A DNA stretch of 64,000 nt from Candidatus Woesearchaeota archaeon. Lineage in GTDB: Archaea; Nanobdellota; Nanobdellia; Pacearchaeales; GW2011-AR1. Under the pieces are notes generated by a model, which had not been told where the DNA came from, did not search any database, and saw only the letters and a program-made list of their open reading frames with translations. A program made the translations under genes and the position numbers. Below, in pieces: positions 38,423 to 46,287 of this stretch (positions within the stretch are counted from its first letter, which is position 1; every line of letters starts with the position of its first letter). The DNA is taken from the NCBI GenBank assembly GCA_964514585.1, contig CAZETU010000004.1, positions 10,031 through 74,030 of the forward strand. Direction: 5' to 3'.

Positions 38423-39526
38423 CTATTTATTCATATCAAAATATTTAGCCAACTTCGGACCATGTTGACCCTGATAATGAGAGCCCTTTCCCTTCTCTCC
38501 ATATAAAACCTCTGGGAGATCTTTCATACGATAAAACTTGAAACTCCCTATCCTTTGTCCATCCGTCAATAAAAAAGGCTGGCCAAAATTCCTAACCTCA
38601 AGAGTTGCTTGCGCTCTAAAATTAGGATCAAAAAACCCTGCATAATGAACACGAACTTCTCCAGCATCCGTTTCGATATCAACCATTTCCGAACAAAGAT
38701 TTGCAGGGATGCTAATAATCTCCTTACTAGAAAGAATATAGAAAGAATTAGAATTAACAATAAGCCCCTTACCCAAACCCTTAGATAAATAGACTTTATC
38801 AAAATACTCTGAAAAGGGAAGATCTCTTTTAGAAAGATCGACAGGAGGAGCATTTTCCTTAGAAACAAACCCAGGAAACCTTTCATCCAAATCTAAAGTT
38901 AAAGAAAATATTCCGTTAAAAAGCCCTTTACCTTCACTCAAAAGACATTCAGTATCATTGTTTGACTCAAACAATAAACCATAATTTTTATTAATTTTTT
39001 TCAAACAATCTTCATCAAGACAACAAGTGTTAGAGTCAAAAAATCTAAGCTGATTAAGACAATCCCCTTTGCGAACAATAATATCAAAAGACCTAGGATA
39101 TATTTCAACCCACAACTTCCCACTATAACCATAAGGTATCTTATCAAAAGAAGTTCCATTTTCAGCTATTAATCTAACATGAACATCAATTCTACCAATA
39201 GAACTTTTAGGATTAACTCTCCCAGAAATTCCCGGAGGCAATTTCAAATATTCTTGCAACTCAAAAACATAAACACAATTTTTATGCAAAAATCCATTCT
39301 TACTCAAATCAACGTCATAAGAAGAATTATTTTTCAAAAACTCTTCAAAATTTCCATTAGAAGAAATAGAAGAAAAAGGCAAACAATAACCCATCTCACC
39401 TAACCTCAAGTCCAAAGAAGAAGGTTGTATTTGATTTTCGTTTACAGCCTCCTTTGAACAAATCAACCCTCTTTCAATTAATTTCTTAATACCCTTATCG
39501 GAATAAACGCCCCCTTCTTCAATCAT
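38423..39526 (-). CDS. long-form dCTP deaminase-like protein (DCD family, about 365 aa type)
   Basis: Two dUTPase-fold-like halves. IQPSSLDLRLG and GRIDVHVRL motifs resemble dCTP deaminase. The 367-aa length matches the long DCD family. Confidence 0.65.
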   Translation of the reverse strand: MIEEGGVYSDKGIKKLIERGLICSKEAVNENQIQPSSLDLRLGEMGYCLPFSSISSNGNFEEFLKNNSSYDVDLSKNGFLHKNCVYVFELQEYLKLPPGISGRVNPKSSIGRIDVHVRLIAENGTSFDKIPYGYSGKLWVEIYPRSFDIIVRKGDCLNQLRFFDSNTCCLDEDCLKKINKNYGLLFESNNDTECLLSEGKGLFNGIFSLTLDLDERFPGFVSKENAPPVDLSKRDLPFSEYFDKVYLSKGLGKGLIVNSNSFYILSSKEIISIPANLCSEMVDIETDAGEVRVHYAGFFDPNFRAQATLEVRNFGQPFLLTDGQRIGSFKFYRMKDLPEVLYGEKGKGSHYQGQHGPKLAKYFDMNK

Positions 39527-39607
39527 ACAAAAAAATGATTAATCCCATTTATATAAATTATTGTGATTAGTTAAGCTATAAATAAAATTAAAAATTAGCC
39601 CACTCTA

Positions 39608-39691
39608 CTAAATATTACTTCCACCGCTACCAAAAGCCCTGTTACCCAGAACACTATCACTAAGCTCGCCGACAACCGACAACTCAATCAC
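39608..39691 (-). pseudogene. remnant of a dUTPase 3' end (last ~25 codons only)
   Basis: Manual translation VIELSVVGELSDSVLGNRAFGSGGSNI* parallels the C-terminus of the intact dut (VDIETVDELSDSVRGEAAFGSG*). The nucleotide similarity continues into the downstream flank (aatattactt). A stop lies immediately upstream. Confidence 0.7.
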
Positions 39692-39777
39692 TCAAAATCA
39701 TAACTAACAAAAAATTATTCATCTACATATTGTTACAATAAGGTAAACTATAAATAACAACACTGCCTCAACAACTT

Positions 39778-40236
39778 ATGGAACAATACAACTTCCAATA
39801 CTGCCCAAAAATAATAATATTCTCAAAAGACAAATCAAAAGTACTCTTATGCAAAAGAAAAGGAGAAAACGACTACGACGGAACATTTGGGTTCCCGGGA
39901 GGAAAAATGGAAACAACCGACAACTCAATCATCGAAGGACTAGCAAGAGAGAAAAACGAAGAACTAAGCCCATCCTTCAAAATCAAAATCTTAAAAACAT
40001 TCACAAACAACATCCTATTCAAAAAGAAAAACGGGAAATCCATGATTCTGCCATACTACCTAGCAATACATGAAAACGGAGAGGTAAAAATAAATGAAGA
40101 ATATTCAGAATACAAATGGGTCCAAATAAAAGATTTAGAAGAATTCGGCCCCAGAATGCCAAACATCCCTGAAGTTACAGAAAAAATGAAAAAACTATTA
40201 ACAATCTCAAAAGAACACGACTTCGAAATAATCTAA
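39778..40236 (+). CDS. NUDIX hydrolase
   Basis: Nudix box GFPGGKMETTDNSIIEGLAREKNEEL. Confidence 0.85.
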   Translation: MEQYNFQYCPKIIIFSKDKSKVLLCKRKGENDYDGTFGFPGGKMETTDNSIIEGLAREKNEELSPSFKIKILKTFTNNILFKKKNGKSMILPYYLAIHENGEVKINEEYSEYKWVQIKDLEEFGPRMPNIPEVTEKMKKLLTISKEHDFEII

Positions 40237-40282
40237 ACCCAAAACAATAAACAAAATTAAATAACTCTAATTAAATATTACT

Positions 40283-40921
40283 TCAACCACTTCCAAAAGC
40301 CGCTTCTCCTCGAACAGAATCTGACAATTCATCTACAGTCTCAATATCCACCATTGCAACCGGCGCAATCACAACTTGAGCAACTTGATCTCCAGTTCTA
40401 ATCACAAAATCCTCATCACTTGTATTCAAGAAAACAACCCCATATTCTCCAGTATAAGTATACTCGATTACTCCCCCAAGAATACAAATCCCCCTCTTAT
40501 ATGCCAAACCACTCTTCCCCCGAATCGAAGCGAAATAACCCTCAGGCAATTCCATCGCAATCCCCGTAGAAATCAACTGTCTTTTTCCAGCCGGCACAAC
40601 ATAATCTTCACAAGAATGCAAATCTAAAGCAGCATCACCAGGATGTCCATAACTAGGAATGATAGCATTCTCCTTCAATTTTTTAATCTTCACTTTAACC
40701 GCCCCCTCGTCAATCAACTCAAACCGCTTAACCCTTCGACCATCCTCAAAAATCTTATCCCCACAAAACTCATCCAACAACCTAACCCAAGTCACGCCAT
40801 CACCGTAAAGAGCCTTATACACAACTAACATCTGATCCGTATTATCACAATTCCGCGCAACATCAACAATCTCATATTCGCCCCCCTTAAAATGCCGATA
40901 CCGCTCTCCAACCTCAACCAT
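40283..40921 (-). CDS. dut: DUF1653 domain fused to trimeric dUTPase
   Basis: Start trimmed to MVEVGERYRHFKGGEYEIV (the DUF1653-like YRHFKGG..Y..V.......VVY.ALYG....WVR pattern). dUTPase motifs follow: GDAALDL, RGKSG, GVIEYTYTGE and RGEAAFGSG. Confidence 0.8.
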   Translation of the reverse strand: MVEVGERYRHFKGGEYEIVDVARNCDNTDQMLVVYKALYGDGVTWVRLLDEFCGDKIFEDGRRVKRFELIDEGAVKVKIKKLKENAIIPSYGHPGDAALDLHSCEDYVVPAGKRQLISTGIAMELPEGYFASIRGKSGLAYKRGICILGGVIEYTYTGEYGVVFLNTSDEDFVIRTGDQVAQVVIAPVAMVDIETVDELSDSVRGEAAFGSG

Positions 40922-40961
40922 AAAAAACAAAACAACTAACACTTTATAAAAATTATTACAC
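40698..40961. repeat. direct repeat copy A (DUF1653 coding region plus its promoter-proximal flank)
   Basis: 264 nt aligning without gaps to 40982-41245, including ccataaaaaacaaaac...ctttataaaaattattacac upstream of both start codons. Confidence 0.8.
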
Positions 40962-40977
40962 TCTAATCTCCACTTCT

Positions 40978-41205
40978 TCAAACCGAACTCTCATCAATCA
41001 ACTCAAACCGTTTAACCCTCCGTCCATCATCAAAAACTTTATCTCCACAAAACTCATCAAGCGACCTGTCCCAAGTCCCACCCTCGCCATAAAGCGCCTT
41101 ATACTTAACTAACATCTGACCTGCATTATCACAATTCGGCGCAACATCAATAATCTCATACTCGCCACCCTTAAAATGCCGATATCTCTCTCCAGCCTCA
41201 ACCAT
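40978..41205 (-). CDS. stand-alone DUF1653 protein (paralogue of the dut N-terminal domain)
   Basis: MVEAGERYRHFKGGEYEIIDVAPNCDNAGQMLVKYKALYGEGGTWDRSLDEFCGDKVFDDGRRVKRFELI is near-identical in pattern to residues 1-70 of the fusion protein. Confidence 0.75.
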   Translation of the reverse strand: MVEAGERYRHFKGGEYEIIDVAPNCDNAGQMLVKYKALYGEGGTWDRSLDEFCGDKVFDDGRRVKRFELIDESSV

Positions 41206-41245
41206 AAAAAACAAAACCCAAAATACTTTATAAAAATTATTACAC
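40982..41245. repeat. direct repeat copy B
   Basis: See copy A. By eye, roughly 80-85% of positions are identical. Confidence 0.8.
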
Positions 41246-41941
41246 CCTGATATCTACTTTCTCAAAATACTCAACAGCAACAGCCTTCAATTTCTCCAAA
41301 TATTCCTCACGCACATCCAATTCCGTCACCAAACTCTTATCTATCATCTCATGCCCAGATTTAAACCCCTGCAAAAATAAATTCTTAGGCTTGCCCCCAC
41401 AAACATCATTCAACCACCGACCCATTTCCTCAACAACACTCTCGTCATGAAACTTATTCAAAATCGTCGTCCTAAACTCGTACTTCCCAAAATCATAAAT
41501 AATCTTCATCGACTTCTCAACCTTCTCAATATTAACATCAACCCCGACAACATTAGAATAATTCGCCCGAGAACTCTTAACATCCATCGCAATATAATCA
41601 ATCAAACCCTCGTCAATCAACTCTTTCAACTTGTCTGGAAACGACCCATTAGTATCAATCTTCACCAAATAGCCCATGGCCTTAATCTTCTTCAAAAAAC
41701 CAACATCCAAAGTCATCAACGGCTCACCACCAGTCACACAAACAGCGTCCAGCTTCCCACGACGCCTCTCTAAAAATTCCAAAATATAACTCTCAGAAAA
41801 AATCTCACTATCACCTCCAAGTACCAACAATGGATTATAACAAAACCCACAACGAAAATTACAACCAAATAAAAAAATGGTACACGCAACTTTCCCTGGA
41901 TAATCAACCAGAGTAGTCCTTTGCAAACCTAAAATTTTCAT
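41240..41941 (-). CDS. nrdG: anaerobic ribonucleotide reductase activating protein (radical SAM)
   Basis: CNFRCGFCYNP radical-SAM cluster motif. Start trimmed to ATG 41941 (MKILGLQ), preceded by GGAGGTG. Confidence 0.85.
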   Translation of the reverse strand: MKILGLQRTTLVDYPGKVACTIFLFGCNFRCGFCYNPLLVLGGDSEIFSESYILEFLERRRGKLDAVCVTGGEPLMTLDVGFLKKIKAMGYLVKIDTNGSFPDKLKELIDEGLIDYIAMDVKSSRANYSNVVGVDVNIEKVEKSMKIIYDFGKYEFRTTILNKFHDESVVEEMGRWLNDVCGGKPKNLFLQGFKSGHEMIDKSLVTELDVREEYLEKLKAVAVEYFEKVDIRV

Positions 41942-41951
41942 AAACACCTCC

Positions 41952-41979
41952 AAAAAAATTAAAAGGGGGGAAATCCCCC
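41952..41979 (-). terminator. G/C hairpin plus T-tract between nrdD 3' region and nrdG
   Basis: The minus strand reads GGGGGATTTCCCCCCTTTTAATTTTTTT. This is a possible attenuator or processing site. Confidence 0.3.
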
Positions 41980-41986
41980 AGGAAAT

Positions 41987-42109
41987 TTAACAATCGGAAC
42001 AGAACATAGAACGATCCTTAAACTCTTCTAGTTTACCGTCGTTCCATCGAGCAGTCGGTCTCAAATATCCGCAAACCCTGCTCCAAACTTCACACTTAGT
42101 TCTCCCCAT
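41987..42109 (-). CDS. NrdD glycyl-radical C-terminal segment, encoded out of frame with nrdD (either a separate 40-42 aa ORF or a frameshifted 3' end)
   Basis: Manual translation: M(PM)GRTKCEVWSRVCGYLRPTARWNDGKLEEFKDRSMFCSDC*. RVCGY is the class III RNR glycyl-radical motif. GGAGGTGA lies 5 nt upstream of the ATG at 42109. Confidence 0.7.
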   Translation of the reverse strand: MGRTKCEVWSRVCGYLRPTARWNDGKLEEFKDRSMFCSDC

Positions 42110-44330
42110 TGGCATCACCTCCAAAATTTAGTTGAGATTCAAAATTAACACTCGAAACACTAGGGGCCGACAAATTGTCCTCAACAACAACATTGGCAAC
42201 CTTCAAAACAGGAACTTCTGCAACCGGAGCAACGACGACTGGAGCTTCAGCAATAGGGGCTTCAGCAATTTCCTCAGGTTGTACCTCAGGCAAAACATCT
42301 TTAGCAACAGGAGTTGTATGTGCCTCAGCTTCAGCAATATCAGCATCACACTTAGGACAATATTCATGTTCCCCAGCCAAATAACCATGAATCGGACAAA
42401 TCGAAAACGTAGGAGTAATTGTAAAATAAGGCAAATGATAATTATTAGAAATCTTTTTAACCATCGTCCTAACAGCATCCTTACTCAGCTTCTCCCCAAC
42501 AAAAGTATGAAACACCGTTCCCCCAGTATACTTACATTGCAAGTCATCCTGCAAATCAAGCGCCTCAAAAACATCATCAGTATGATTCACTGCCAACTGT
42601 GTCGAATTAGTATAATACGGCTTCGCCCCGTCCTGGTACGCCTTTTCATTCGCAACCAAAATTCGGCCAAACCTTTTCTTATCAATCCGTGCAAACCTAT
42701 AAGTCGTACCCTCACCCGGAGTCGCCTCAAGATTGTAAATACTATTAGTCTCTTCCTGATATTCCTCAAGCTTCTCTCTCATAAAATCCAAAACCTTAAT
42801 AGAAAAAGCCATCCCCTTCTCCGTCGCAATATCCTCACCAGGCATAAAATTAGTAATCGACTCATTCATACCCAAAAGTCCAATCGTCGAAAAATGATTC
42901 TTCCAATACTCTCCAAACCGTTGATGAACCTGTCTCAAATAAAACCTAGTATACGGATAAAGCCCCACATTAATAAACTGCTCAATCGTCTTCCTCTTAA
43001 TCTCAAGGCTCTCCTTCGCCAACTCCATCAATCTAGCCAGCCGCGCCATATAGTCATCTTCACTCGTCGACACATAACCAAGTCTAGGCATATTAATCGT
43101 CACAACCCCAATCGAACCAGTCAAGGGATTAGAACCAAATAAACCACCACCCCTCTTCTTTAGTTGAGTATTATCAATACGAAGACGACAACACATACTT
43201 CTAGCGTCCTCAGGATTCATATCTGAATTAACAAAATTGGAAAAATAAGGTATACCATACTTCGCCGTCATTTCCCAAAGTAAATCGTGGGAAGGATTGT
43301 CCCAATCAAAATTTTTCGTAATATTATATGTCGGAATAGGAAAAGTAAAAACCTGCCCCGTCGCATCGCCCTCAAGCATGCATTCAGCAAACGCCCGATT
43401 AATCATTTCCATCTCAACCTCAAAATCCCCATAAGTCTCGCTCTGCGGTTGCCCACCAATAACAACATGTTCATCCTTCATATAAGACGGAATCTCCAAG
43501 TCCATAGTAATATTTGTAAACGGCGTCTGAAACCCAACCCTCGTCGGCACAGCCATATTAAAAATAAACTCCTGCATCGCCTGCTTCACCTGCTTATAGT
43601 CCAACTTATCATAACGAACAAATGGAGCAAGTAAAGTATCAAAATTAGAAAACGCCTGAGCCCCGGCAGTCTCACCTTGTAAAGTATAAAAGAAGTTCAC
43701 CATCTGCCCCAAAGCAGTCCTCAAATGCTTAGCAGGCTTACTCTCAACTTTCCCCTTAACGCCCTTAAACCCAACCGTCAACAAATCCTTCAAATCCCAA
43801 CCAACACAATAAGCACCAAGAGTCCCCAAGTCATGAATATGCAAATCACCAGCCTCGTGAACTTTCCGAATCGCCTCAGGATAAATCCGCCTCATCCAAT
43901 AATTCGTAATAATCTTCGTCGCAATATAATTATTCAACCCCTGCAACGAAAACCCCATATTAGAATTCTCCTTAACCATCCAATCATTCAAACCAATATA
44001 ATCATCAACTGCCTCAATCGTATCAAACAACCCCTTAACATCCCGTAGCTCCTGTCGGCTCTGTCTATACAAAATAAACGATTTAGAAACCTTCGCATGC
44101 CCCTCCTCAATTAAAACCTTCTCAACAAGATCCTGAACCTCTTCAACGTCAGGTATACCAAAATCCCCATAAGTTTCATCTAACTTTTCACAAACTAAGC
44201 CTGCAAGATGCACCGACTTCTCTTTATCTTTCCCGCCAACAGCCTTAACCGCCTTCCAAATAGCGTCGGAAATTTTATCTTTCTGAAAGAATACAACACA
44301 CCCATCTCTTTTTCTTATTTTTTTAACCAT
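42096..44330 (-). CDS. nrdD: anaerobic (class III) ribonucleoside-triphosphate reductase, lacking the glycyl-radical motif in frame
   Basis: N-terminal ATP-cone (KRDGCVVFFQKDKISDAI), catalytic core, and C-terminal Zn site CPIHG...CPKC. An ~80-residue PAE-rich tail then ends GGDANGEN*. Confidence 0.9.
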   Translation of the reverse strand: MVKKIRKRDGCVVFFQKDKISDAIWKAVKAVGGKDKEKSVHLAGLVCEKLDETYGDFGIPDVEEVQDLVEKVLIEEGHAKVSKSFILYRQSRQELRDVKGLFDTIEAVDDYIGLNDWMVKENSNMGFSLQGLNNYIATKIITNYWMRRIYPEAIRKVHEAGDLHIHDLGTLGAYCVGWDLKDLLTVGFKGVKGKVESKPAKHLRTALGQMVNFFYTLQGETAGAQAFSNFDTLLAPFVRYDKLDYKQVKQAMQEFIFNMAVPTRVGFQTPFTNITMDLEIPSYMKDEHVVIGGQPQSETYGDFEVEMEMINRAFAECMLEGDATGQVFTFPIPTYNITKNFDWDNPSHDLLWEMTAKYGIPYFSNFVNSDMNPEDARSMCCRLRIDNTQLKKRGGGLFGSNPLTGSIGVVTINMPRLGYVSTSEDDYMARLARLMELAKESLEIKRKTIEQFINVGLYPYTRFYLRQVHQRFGEYWKNHFSTIGLLGMNESITNFMPGEDIATEKGMAFSIKVLDFMREKLEEYQEETNSIYNLEATPGEGTTYRFARIDKKRFGRILVANEKAYQDGAKPYYTNSTQLAVNHTDDVFEALDLQDDLQCKYTGGTVFHTFVGEKLSKDAVRTMVKKISNNYHLPYFTITPTFSICPIHGYLAGEHEYCPKCDADIAEAEAHTTPVAKDVLPEVQPEEIAEAPIAEAPVVVAPVAEVPVLKVANVVVEDNLSAPSVSSVNFESQLNFGGDANGEN

Positions 44331-44373
44331 CTATTTTTCCTTATGTATTTATGTTACTCTTTGAGCAACCATC

Positions 44374-44817
44374 TTATTTTCCTAATTTAGCAAGCTCATC
44401 TTTGAACTCATCAATATCTGCAAAGTCACGGTATACCGCAGCAAATCGAACATACGCAACCTTATCGACTTTCTTCAGCTTATTCATAACAATCTCCCCG
44501 ATACGCGTACTCTTAATGTCCTTATCTTTAGCAACCCGATAAACATTCGCCTCAACCTCATCCACAATTCTTTCTATCTCAGCACTCGTGAATGGCCTCT
44601 TCTGAAGATTATTATCAATTCCCTCAAAAAGCTTAGCTCGCGAAAATTTCTGCCTCCGACCGTCCTTTTTAATAACGTTCAAATCCAACTCCACTCGCTC
44701 ATACGTAGTAAACCGCTTACCACATTTCAAGCACTCTCGCCGCCTCCGAGTCAAAGATTCACTATCTCTTTTATCAGTAACTTTCGTTTCAGCAGCACAA
44801 CAGTATGGACATTGCAT
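44374..44817 (-). CDS. nrdR: NrdR transcriptional repressor (Zn-ribbon + ATP-cone)
   Basis: Start trimmed to MQCPYCCAAETKVTDKRDS..RRRRECLKCGKRFTTYE. The C-terminus KVDKVAYVRFAAVYRDFADIDEF closely parallels bacterial NrdR. Confidence 0.9.
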   Translation of the reverse strand: MQCPYCCAAETKVTDKRDSESLTRRRRECLKCGKRFTTYERVELDLNVIKKDGRRQKFSRAKLFEGIDNNLQKRPFTSAEIERIVDEVEANVYRVAKDKDIKSTRIGEIVMNKLKKVDKVAYVRFAAVYRDFADIDEFKDELAKLGK

Positions 44818-44836
44818 TTTTGTTATTTTATAATGA

Positions 44837-44852
44837 ATACAAGATATTGTAT
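44837..44852. promoter_or_regulatory. NrdR-box-like palindrome 1
   Basis: ATACAAGATATTGTAT, with arms ATACAA/TTGTAT, 20-35 nt upstream of the nrdR ATG. Confidence 0.6.
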
Positions 44853-44868
44853 CTCGCACCCCTTTTTG

Positions 44869-44884
44869 CCACAATAAATTGTGG
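44869..44884. promoter_or_regulatory. NrdR-box-like palindrome 2
   Basis: CCACAATAAATTGTGG, with arms CCACAAT/ATTGTGG. Its centre is 32 bp from the centre of box 1. Confidence 0.6.
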
Positions 44885-45042
44885 GCGTAAGAGAATATTA
44901 ACCAAAAGAGTATTTAAAGATTATTGTCCTCCAGCTACTATTTATGTTAACTATAGTAAACATTGTAGACTGACAGTTACTTTTTTCAAATGATTACGCA
45001 TCTTTAAGAACCTCTCACATCAAAACTCCCATAAAGAATTCA

Positions 45043-46287
45043 TTAATAAAAAGAAAACCTTTTACACAACTCCCCAACCTCTAACTTAATCTTAGAACAA
45101 ACAGATTCATCAGACAAATTTTCAATAACATCAGCAATCCAATTCCCAACGATAATCATTTCATTCTCCTTCATACCCATAGTTGTCAAAATCGGGACAC
45201 CCAACCTAATTCCAGATGGTTTAAACGGAGTAGATGGATCAAACGGAACAGTGTTGGCGTTAGTCACAATTCCCGCTTCCTCCAAAGCAACAGCAACCTC
45301 TCGACCCCTGCCCGGCTCACCAATAGCAGAAGTCTTAATCAAATCAATCAAAATCAAATGATTATCGGTCCCATCACTAACCAACTTAATATTCCTCTTC
45401 TTCAAGGTCTCCGCCAAAATAAAACAATTATCAATAATCTGCTGAGAATATTTTTTAAACTCTGGCTTTAACGCCTCGCCAAAAGCAATTGCCTTAGCCG
45501 CAATCGTATGCTCATGAGGACCGCCCTGCAACCCCGGGAAAACGGCCTTATCAATTGCCTTACCAAATTCTTCCTTACACATAATTATTGCACTCCTAGG
45601 ACCTCTCAAAGTCTTATGCGTTGTCGTCGTCACAAAATCAAAATCCGGAAACGGAGTTGGATGAACACCACTAGCAACTAAACCAGCAACATGAGAAATA
45701 TCCGCCAAACAATAAGCTCCAATCTCCTTAGCAATTAAAGCGAAGGCCTTAAAATCAATCTCTCGAGGATAAGCCGTCGCCCCACAAACAATCATCTTCG
45801 GCCTCTCGCGCAAAGCAATCTCTCTAACCTTCTCCATGTCAACAATTCCAGTTTCCTCCTCAACACCATAAGAAACAAAATCATAGTCTTTCCCAGAAAA
45901 ATTCACCTTCGACCCATGAGTCAAATGTCCACCATGCATCAAATCCATTCCAAGAATCTTATCCCCCTTCTCCAAAACCGCAACATAAACCGCCATATTC
46001 GCAGGACTCCCAGAATTCGGCTGCACATTTACATGTTCAGCCCCAAACAATTTCTTCGCCCGCTCAATCGCCAAATTCTCAACCTTATCAACAAACTCAT
46101 TCCCTTGATAATACCTCTTCCCAGGATAACCCTCTGCATACTTATTATTAAAAACCGAACCACACGCCGCCAAAACATCCTTAGAACAAAAATTCTCCGA
46201 AGGAATCATATTCAAAGTCGTCTTCTGTCGCTCCAACTCGTCAACAACGATCTCATTCACCTCAGAATCCAAAATCCAAAAAGTCAT
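45043..46287 (-). CDS. glyA: serine hydroxymethyltransferase
   Basis: TTTTHKTLRGPR PLP-lysine motif over 414 aa. Confidence 0.95.
   Translation of the reverse strand: MTFWILDSEVNEIVVDELERQKTTLNMIPSENFCSKDVLAACGSVFNNKYAEGYPGKRYYQGNEFVDKVENLAIERAKKLFGAEHVNVQPNSGSPANMAVYVAVLEKGDKILGMDLMHGGHLTHGSKVNFSGKDYDFVSYGVEEETGIVDMEKVREIALRERPKMIVCGATAYPREIDFKAFALIAKEIGAYCLADISHVAGLVASGVHPTPFPDFDFVTTTTHKTLRGPRSAIIMCKEEFGKAIDKAVFPGLQGGPHEHTIAAKAIAFGEALKPEFKKYSQQIIDNCFILAETLKKRNIKLVSDGTDNHLILIDLIKTSAIGEPGRGREVAVALEEAGIVTNANTVPFDPSTPFKPSGIRLGVPILTTMGMKENEMIIVGNWIADVIENLSDESVCSKIKLEVGELCKRFSFY

Noticed and set aside
44925-44960. gttaactatagtaaac imperfect palindrome upstream of the two NrdR boxes, considered as a third box.
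   Set aside because: The arms (GTTAAC/GTAAAC) do not match the box consensus, and the spacing to box 2 is not in phase.
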